From: Calditrichia bacterium | GTDB taxonomy: Bacteria > Calditrichota > Calditrichia > RBG-13-44-9 > J075 | Direction: 5' to 3' | DNA length: 64,000 nucleotides | Assembly: GCA_050633245.1 (NCBI GenBank) | Contig: JBOEGD010000010.1 | Coordinates: 221,989 to 285,988 of the forward strand | Part shown: one piece after another, positions 1 through 8,400 of the stretch | How positions within the stretch are numbered: the first letter of the stretch is position 1 | Layout: each line of letters starts with the position of its first letter | The notes under the pieces: generated by a model | What the model was told of the DNA's origin: nothing | Seen by the model: only the letters and a program-made list of their open reading frames with translations | The model's database searches: none | Position numbers and translations under genes: made by a program

Positions 1-654
1 CTGGATCCACACAAACATGGACACCTGCTCGTATTTCCAGACGGGTCTCTAATTGGAGATTGGGCTTACTTGAATGAGGAAGCAAGGCAAGCGGCATTGA
101 ACGCATTTTCTGAGCGAAAAAGTCAGAAAGTCGAGCTGGCTGGGGAAGAAGTTTTAATCCAGATATTTCCCAGAAACGACCGCGTCATTATCATTGGTGC
201 GGCTCATATATCTGTTCCGCTGGTAACCTTTTCCAAACAGTTGGGGTTTGAGGTAATCGTAGTAGATCCACGGAAGATATTTGCGGCAGAGAAACGTTAC
301 CCCACGGCACCAGATAGAATGCTGGATAGCTGGCCGCAAGACGTGTTGCCAGAGTTAAAGTTAGATGCAGATTGTTACGCTGTTCTGCTAACACACGACC
401 CGAAAATAGACGATCCCGCCCTGCACCATTTTTTGAAAAGCGATGTTTCTTATATCGGAGCGCTGGGTAGCAGAAAAACACATGCTAAGCGTATTGAAAG
501 GTTGAAAGAAGTGGGGTTTTCTAAACAGGAAATTGCTAAAATTGCCGGACCGGCCGGATTAGATATTGCTGCTAAAACGCCGGAAGAGATTGCACTGAGT
601 ATTCTTGCGCAAATTGTGGGAGTAAAAAGGCGAGATAGATTTTCAGAAGGATAA
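1..654 (+). CDS. xdhC: XdhC/CoxI family molybdenum-hydroxylase accessory protein, C-terminal part (probably starts upstream of the window)
   Basis: IIIGAAHIS, VVDPR, LLTHDPKIDDPAL, YIGALGSRKT, GLDIAAKTPEEIALSILAQI are typical XdhC_C motifs. Confidence 0.9.
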   Translation: MDPHKHGHLLVFPDGSLIGDWAYLNEEARQAALNAFSERKSQKVELAGEEVLIQIFPRNDRVIIIGAAHISVPLVTFSKQLGFEVIVVDPRKIFAAEKRYPTAPDRMLDSWPQDVLPELKLDADCYAVLLTHDPKIDDPALHHFLKSDVSYIGALGSRKTHAKRIERLKEVGFSKQEIAKIAGPAGLDIAAKTPEEIALSILAQIVGVKRRDRFSEG

Positions 655-662
655 AGGCTCAT

Positions 663-899
663 CTATTCGGGAGGCGGTGCTACAGCCGGTGAAGCAAGAT
701 CAAAAACCGCGAGTAAAACGCCGACTGCAATTAGAACATAACCTGCAATGCGCATCCACCTGATACGCTTTGCCTGATCATCACTACCGTGGCCGCGCTC
801 CACGGCTTCCTGCGCTAATCCGGGATAAACAAACGCTGCAAAAATTCCGGTGCCGATCATTATAAGACGATCACCAATTAGTCCTAACAAGTCCAGCAT
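663..899 (-). CDS. Small two-TM hypothetical membrane protein
   Basis: ATG at 899 preceded by GGAAGG; two hydrophobic segments. Confidence 0.55.
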   Translation of the reverse strand: MLDLLGLIGDRLIMIGTGIFAAFVYPGLAQEAVERGHGSDDQAKRIRWMRIAGYVLIAVGVLLAVFDLASPAVAPPPE

Positions 900-1063
900 A
901 AACTTACCTTCCAATTTTAAGAGCAACACATGCAATTGTCTTATAAATCGGATAGTAAGCAGTTTTTGAGTGGATGTCAATAATTAGGCATAATCTATTT
1001 CGACAAGGAGGCTGACATGAATCAGGCACACCATAATTGATGTACCTGAAAAACCTGTTATGC

Positions 1064-1576
1064 TTAGAGATACACGCGAAATGTCAGCAGCATTTCATCT
1101 ACTAAATCTTTTGCCGCTTTAGCATTGTCTGCGCTGCTAATAATGCCAACAGTATAGGCAAAATCATTCATCGTAAAATAATAAGACGCCAAGTATTGCA
1201 TACTACCTGTTGCAGACGGCATAGTACCTTCTATTAGCAAATCCATTGACGCACCTTTTACTGAAACCTGCTGCACATTTGTGGCTTTAAAACCCGGCTG
1301 GGTTTCGAGCAGCTTGGCAACCAGCGTTTCCCGACGTTCATACACATCATCGGGTACGCCCGCTCCCAGCGTGGAAATGATGATATTGTCCGATGCGTCT
1401 GTCAGCTTTTCGGTTAACATTACGTCATACGGTTGCAAACGCGAGGATATCACATGCCAACTCTTAGGTATCTCAAGCGTATAGTTTCCGTCGAGGTTGG
1501 TGTAGTTTTGGGCATAACTCACCATAGTAAGCAAAAATAAAAAAAGTAGTGTTGAGTTGATATAAAATTTGCTCAT
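1064..1576 (-). CDS. Secreted hypothetical protein, possibly PsbP/DcrB-like fold
   Basis: Signal peptide MSKFYINSTLLFLFLLTMVSYAQ; YTLEIPKSW and C-terminal ..MLLTFRV pattern resemble PsbP-like proteins. Confidence 0.55.
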   Translation of the reverse strand: MSKFYINSTLLFLFLLTMVSYAQNYTNLDGNYTLEIPKSWHVISSRLQPYDVMLTEKLTDASDNIIISTLGAGVPDDVYERRETLVAKLLETQPGFKATNVQQVSVKGASMDLLIEGTMPSATGSMQYLASYYFTMNDFAYTVGIISSADNAKAAKDLVDEMLLTFRVYL

Positions 1577-1692
1577 TTTAATTCCCATTATACAAGCTCC
1601 CAATCAAAAATAGGTTGACAGTCATTCCAGTATGTCAAGTTTAGGCCATATAGAGATTAAGCAATTTTATTCTTAGCAGGAAAACTAAAGCA

Positions 1693-2097
1693 TTAACTTC
1701 TCTTTCCAATTTGATAACGTCTTATATATTCGAGCGTTAACAACCTGAAGTAATCCAGTTTTAATACATGTTCAACTATTTGAGGGAACTGTGTTTCTAG
1801 CTCAGGAAACTTCCCTCGAAGAAGAGGTTGTTGTTCAATAGCAAAGCTCTCCAACAATTCAACAGCTTCTTCTGGCCTTGATCTTTTTCCCTTGTATATT
1901 ATAGAGTCTGCAATTCCACTAATGCTCACTTCTAACAATGATAAATCTTCTAAGGTAAAATTTGAAGACTTCCACTCGGTTTGATGCAAGACTTTACGTT
2001 CCGCATTGGATATTTTCCTTTGCGTATTAAGTTCCTCAGCCAACTTTCCAATAAGTAGTCTTAAAAATAAAGCCTCCTCCGATACTATCAACGACAT
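1693..2097 (-). CDS. Hypothetical helical protein, candidate immunity protein of the upstream RHS toxin
   Basis: 134-aa AT-rich ORF with GAGG RBS; first ORF downstream of, and co-oriented with, the RHS gene. Confidence 0.55.
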   Translation of the reverse strand: MSLIVSEEALFLRLLIGKLAEELNTQRKISNAERKVLHQTEWKSSNFTLEDLSLLEVSISGIADSIIYKGKRSRPEEAVELLESFAIEQQPLLRGKFPELETQFPQIVEHVLKLDYFRLLTLEYIRRYQIGKRS

Positions 2098-2402
2098 AAT
2101 TACCTCTCAGGGATTTATATGCAAAAAACATTAAACTTTAACAATTAGAATTGTCTATTCCAGGCTTTTCTATAAGAGATAGTTACATAATATGATGAAT
2201 TTAATTGGAAACTTTAACAATAGTCTTGCCTCATAACTCGGTGGTGCAAAAATAATAGTGCAGCCTTCTCTAATCCCTTCGACTTCAAAACAGATCGAAG
2301 GATTAGCCTCGATCTGATGTAGTAACCAAACAGAAGGCATTAGAGTCATTTATTGAAAACTATAGTATATATAATTTTTTGCCACAACACCGGATTATCT
2401 TC

Positions 2403-5400
2403 TTAATCCTCGTAAAAAAGGTCGTAATTCCATCCAAAAGACACAATTTTACCTTCAGATTTCCCACCTTTTTTTATGATAAACTGTCCTTTACCTGTTT
2501 TCCACCGATCAGTACCATCACTCCTTACCACTTTCTCTGCCTTTCTATTCGAATTAAAGAATTCTCTAGCTTGATTCATATATTGAAGGGGGTTACTTTT
2601 ATCTTTTGCATGTTTGTTAATATGATATCTAAGTGATCTTACGGGAGATTCAAAGGTTCCCTTATCCCATTCTTCCACCATCTTTCTTAGCTCTTTAAAA
2701 TTTACCTTTGAGAAGGTACCATCAGCAAACCTTCCAGGCAACTTCTGATTCTTAGGCCCAAATCGCAGCCCCTTACCTCTAGTAAAAATAGTTACGGCGA
2801 TAGATGTTGTAAGATATCCCCCAGCATAAAACCATTCTTTCTCACCCCACTCAGGCATTCCTTCAAGTGTGGTAGCAAATCCATCAAGCGCTGCATATCC
2901 AAGATTCATCGCATATCTTTTATGCCAATTGCGACCCTCTGGAGTCCACACAGACCAAAACATGCCCACGGGGGTATTGAAAATAACCCATTCAGATGCA
3001 TCTTCTAGTCTTGCTGCGAGTCCCTCGGCATTGAAAGGGAGGGTTGCCATCCTCCATAGTCCAGTTGAAGTTACTGCCTCTGTTATTGGAGCAACAGCTC
3101 CCGTTCCAGCTGACCACCAATTACTTCCTGTTGTAAATGTAGTAGGTCCGCTCTCCCAGACTGATGCAACGTCGATACTGGATACTATTGCTGAGACTGC
3201 TGGCCGTATACGCCCAATATCAGGTGCATTACCGATTGCGGTACGCCATATAGAGGTAGCGTTATCGTCAATCCATCTTCCGATCGGTAATTTGGGATAT
3301 CCCCACCCACGGCAACCAAAATCTGTCCCACACTCAAACCCCCAATCATTTGAGCTTGAGGACTCGGAGGCTGTTGATTCGCCACTGGATAAAGTATGTG
3401 CCCCGTAACCGTGGTAATATCCTCCGTAGGAATAGTCTCCAAATGGGCTATATGGGAAGTAAATATCTCCCCAATTCTGTGACATCATCCCTGATGGATC
3501 TGTTCGATTCGTTGGATTGCTACCAACATAACTATAGGGTGAGGAGTATTCTAACGCTGGGTCCATTGCATAGAAACGACCCAGTTCGGCATCATACAGA
3601 CGGGCACGGTAGTTATAGAGATCGCTTTCAGAATCCAGCTCCTGCCCGGTAAACTGATAGCTGAGCGGCTGTGTTTCGGTGGAGCGCATCACCTCGCCAA
3701 ATGCCGCATAATCATAACTTCCCACAACCAATCCATTTTCATTTACCAGCACGCGATTGGAGCCCAAGTGGTCTTTCAGCGGAAAGAAGGTTTCGCCATC
3801 TTCCGAAAACGCCAGCAGTCCTGTAGGGCCATAAATGTAGGTTCTTGCCTCGCCTGCAACTGTTCCATCCTTGTCGCGCTCGACAAGAATATTACCGGAC
3901 AATCCGGGTTGATACATGGTGCTGGCAGTGGTACTGCTTCCGCTCGGCAGGAAAGATTTCAAGAGTCGTTCACCAGCATCGCTGTATTGAAAGTCCAGCA
4001 CACCGGCATTGGAACCGGTCATGTTGATGCTGCGCGTTAACTGTAGATGCGGGTCATAATAGATGCTGCTAATGTTTTTGGGAGTGGAGGCATTCATGTT
4101 GCCATTAGCATCGTACTGATAGTCCAGGGCAGCGGTGCCGTTGGTATTGATAACGCGGTTGGTGCCGTCTTCGTAGGTATAATTTCTGAAAACCGAACCA
4201 CGCTTCAAGCTCAAGATATTACCGTTGTGGTCATAGCTGATCTCATTACCGGCACCGATACCAATGTCGTAATCATCTAGTGGGGTTTGCGGGCCAAATT
4301 TGGCTTGCGCCTCTACAAAGTTCGCTACCTGAAGGCGCTGTAAATCGTCATATTGAAACTCGACATCATAATTGGTGGGCGGAGGAATATTACCTAAACT
4401 ATTAGACCACAAATAGCTGTAGCTAAGTCTGGCTATATCGCCATTATAATATCCTGTACCAAGATATCCATTCGACGTAAAGTCCAGCTGCTCCCGAAAA
4501 TATCCTGGCGTATGCATATCGGTCATCCAGCCAACGGGATTGTAATCATAAGACGTGGTAACCGTACTGCCGTTTTCAGGATGAATGGATTCGGAAGTCA
4601 TCTGACCAAGCGCATTATAACTGTAGCTGGCATAAAAGTCATCATCTCCGGGAATGCCTACGGATACGGGCTGCCCGAGCCGATTATAGGAATATGTTAC
4701 TATCCCCGAGGCGTTCCCTCCTGTAGCGCTAGCCACAAAAGTAGCTCCGTTCTCGGCAATAAATCCATCTCTCAACACCACCCCTTGCCCGGCAGTAAAG
4801 GTAATATCACTACCGGAGGCCACGGTCGTATTCGTCGAGTTCAAAGAATCACCCGCTTCATGCGTCGCAGTCCCGGAAAGGGTCTGATTATCCACATTCA
4901 GGTTATCTGAATAAAAATTTATTTGGGTTATAAAGCCGGCATTATCATATGTATAATTGGTTGCATACGACGTCGCCTCAAAATCCAGTACCTCTAAGGA
5001 CTTGTTAAGTACTTCGCCATCCGCATTATAAGCATAGCGTTCTTCGATTTCTGCAGCGATATCTATATCGTTATTACTTTGCGTATACTCAAGTCGATTG
5101 AGCAGAGTTGGATCACTGCCGTCGCCATCGTAAAAATACTTCATTCGCCATTTTATCGGAGTCGGGGGGTATGTCGGGTCCGTATCGGCTTTATTTTGCA
5201 GGGAGGTTCCCCAAATAATCTCATCATCTTCCAGGTATCCTTCCTCGACCACGCGGCCAAAATCATCGTACTTCCAGTAACTGATCAAATCTGGGTCTGG
5301 CAGAGCCCCCTCGGCATGCCGACTGAAGCGAACTTGACCCAGTTGGTCATAAATGTAATCCGTTACCCCATCGTCAGAAGAACTGCTGCTGGTTAGAAGA

Positions 5401-8400
5401 CCACGATGATCATAGGTCAAATCCACAATATAATCGTCTGCTATAGCACCACCCGGGGGTTGATAGTAATTGGGTGGGTAAATTCGTATTGCATTTCCCT
5501 TATCATCATATTCATAAGTGGTTTCAGTTGAGCTGGTTTTTACACCGATCACCTGCCCAACTTTATCTTCAACATAGGTGGTTTGAATGCCTTGGGGATC
5601 GGTTACCACCGTTTTGAAATACTCATTGTCCGGCAAATTATCGAGAAAACCGTCCTGCTCATTAGCTCCAAATTCGATACTAGCAGTATGTCCACCACCT
5701 AATGCAAAGGTTGCTCCAGGCATTCCTTGTTCAATTGCAGGTGAGAACGGAGACGCTTCATAAACTGTTCGGTAATAGGGGCGGTTTTGATCGTCTGGAT
5801 AAGCAGTATTTACTTCCCCATTCATTAACCCGCCTACTGCATCGAAAGGATCGATTACAAATCCGCTGCGATAGCCAAACCAGGCACCGACAGATTCTGC
5901 TATTTTAGTCTGCACAAAAGGGCGATTAAGTTCATCATATAGCGTTTCCGCAAGGTAGATACCGGTTTCAACTTCATACTGCACCTGTCGGGCTTTACTC
6001 AGCCCATCCGAGTAAACAATAGAGTGAGACGGATTTGTATAAACAAAGAGATCATCAATCTTCCAATCGGTTGCAGCACCGGAACCTTCGTTAAACAAAA
6101 CAAGCTTTTTTATTTCATTTGCCGTAGCGGGTAGCGCAACATCCTGCAGGCAGGGTACACCGTTCACATAGAAATCGCTCAGCTGATTATCCAAATCAAC
6201 AATAACCTGGAGTCGATAGGAATAGCCTAATGTGAACTCATCATGCACGGTGTTCGGTGATGAGTTATCGATTGTAACCCAATCTGATGAGTTAAAAACG
6301 GACCAAACCGCATTGCCGGCACCACTCTGGGTATAATCCCAATCGGTTCCTCCAAGTGCAATACCAAAATTCTGACCACTGGTTGCATCGGGAAGCGTCA
6401 GCGTCAACTCTATCCCAACTCTACCAGTAAGTGCTGAATGAAGCTCTTTTATCAACAAGTCCGGCGTTCCAATCACGCCGCCTCCATCATTAGAGTGATG
6501 AAGCTCCTGATCGACAACTTGCCAGGTGGACGCTGCACTATTAGCATTTTCTATGATAGACCAATCCAGCAGGGCGTTCGTAAAATCGATATAGGTTCCT
6601 TCGGTTCCTCTAACCGAGGTTTTTAGAAGCAGATTAGGATCAGAAGTCTGAAACGTCGCATTACGCTCCAGAGAACCGGAACTTAACTGAGATCCGTTGG
6701 GAACATTATCGCTACCAACACCACCAATCAGACGATGCAGCTTATCATAAACCAGCTTGCTTTTATTGCCATGCTGACCGATCGTTGCAATAGGAATGTC
6801 ATATTGACGATCAAAAACCACAGCGCCGAACGAGGCATCTATCGGCCCCACCCATAAATCATCGAAGTAAGCATCAACCTGATCTGTGGTATTGCGAACC
6901 AATGCGGTAATTGATATTAGCGCCTCAGAATATTCGGTCAGATCGCAGAGTGTATACAAATACTCCCATTCTCCGCTACCGGAGTGATAGACATTGTGGG
7001 AATGCTGCCCGCCATTATAATTATATTTGAGGTCGATGTTGGTTTCGCTACTGGTAGATTTTACCCAGGCTCCAAATGCATACTTACCATTTAAATCATC
7101 AAGGTCTGCGACCAGAAATGTCCGGGCAATATAGTAATCGTTAAGGTGCCCCTGGATTTGCCAGCTATGACTTCCGGTATGTGAGATGTCCGAGATATCA
7201 CCGTATTCATCGGTCCATCCGTCTTCTGAGACACCGGATTCAAAACCATTGTAAGAGGTTTCCGATGCTCTCGCGTTACTAAAAGAAGCAACTGGAAAGC
7301 GATCCGAATATTTGGTATTGGAGTATATTTTTCCTAAACCGTTCTTAATGCTACTGGTTTCCACTACAAAACCGGCAGAATTAATGCTTTCCACCTCGCT
7401 AAGCTTCAACCATTCGCTGCCTGGCTCACCGGCATTGCTCCACAGATCGAAATCGAATATCGCCGAAGTATTCGGCGTAGCGTCCCAAGAATAATTCTTA
7501 TGCGGACTCCAAACACCATTGCTCTGCACTTGCCAGGTTGTGGCTGTTGAGCTGGTAAGGGTGCCATTCACCTTAGTTCGGTTCGTAATAACTGGATCTA
7601 TGATGTTAGCTGTCTCTAAATCGGTATATCCTGACCAACTATAAATAAATACATCTTCGTAGGTATCCTCAACACCCTGAGAGTTAAAGTTAGAAACCGT
7701 TCTTCTCTCAAGCTGGTTTCTAATATTGTATTCGAATATAATTACACTCTCAACACCATCCTCTTCTTCTGTAATTCTTGTCGGGTGAAAATGTCCACTT
7801 TGTCCTTTACCGCCAACATTATTGTAAGTAAGTAGGTATTTGTATGTAGTTATGGCAATCGGTGAGGTTTCGCCTTCCTTATGCCTTTCAACTATATATG
7901 GACGACCAACCGAATTAATTGATGTGTTTCCACCAATATAAGGTTTAGCAACCTCTGAATTTGCCAAGTTACTGTGGAAGTAATACACTGTCTTGCCAAA
8001 AGAACCACTTTGATTTGCTGGTAAAATAGTAACTTCATTGTACTGAGCAATACTCGAACTGCGATCTATCGTTGCATGTGCCTCATTATAATCATAATAC
8101 GTACTGGTAGAGGCAAAGCCATCATTTACAGTAATAGCCGTTACCGGATAATCAATCTGATCTCCTTCTGCGGCACCATTAACGAGATGATAGAGCACAT
8201 AATTCTCAGACGTGGCATTAACGCGTCTATGAACCAAAATATTGCCTCGAACGAGTGTTGTCCCTTCCTGTCCCACTGTTATTTCCGGCTGCCACTGCCC
8301 ATTTTTAAAAAAGCTGACCTTGGCACCTGTTGAAATATTAGAGACAGGATCGACATCTGCATATACATAGAAGTTGTTTCCTACATACAAACCAATATCT

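Noticed and set aside
2869-3408. 179-aa plus-strand ORF within the RHS gene
   Set aside because: Antisense shadow of the toxin linker region
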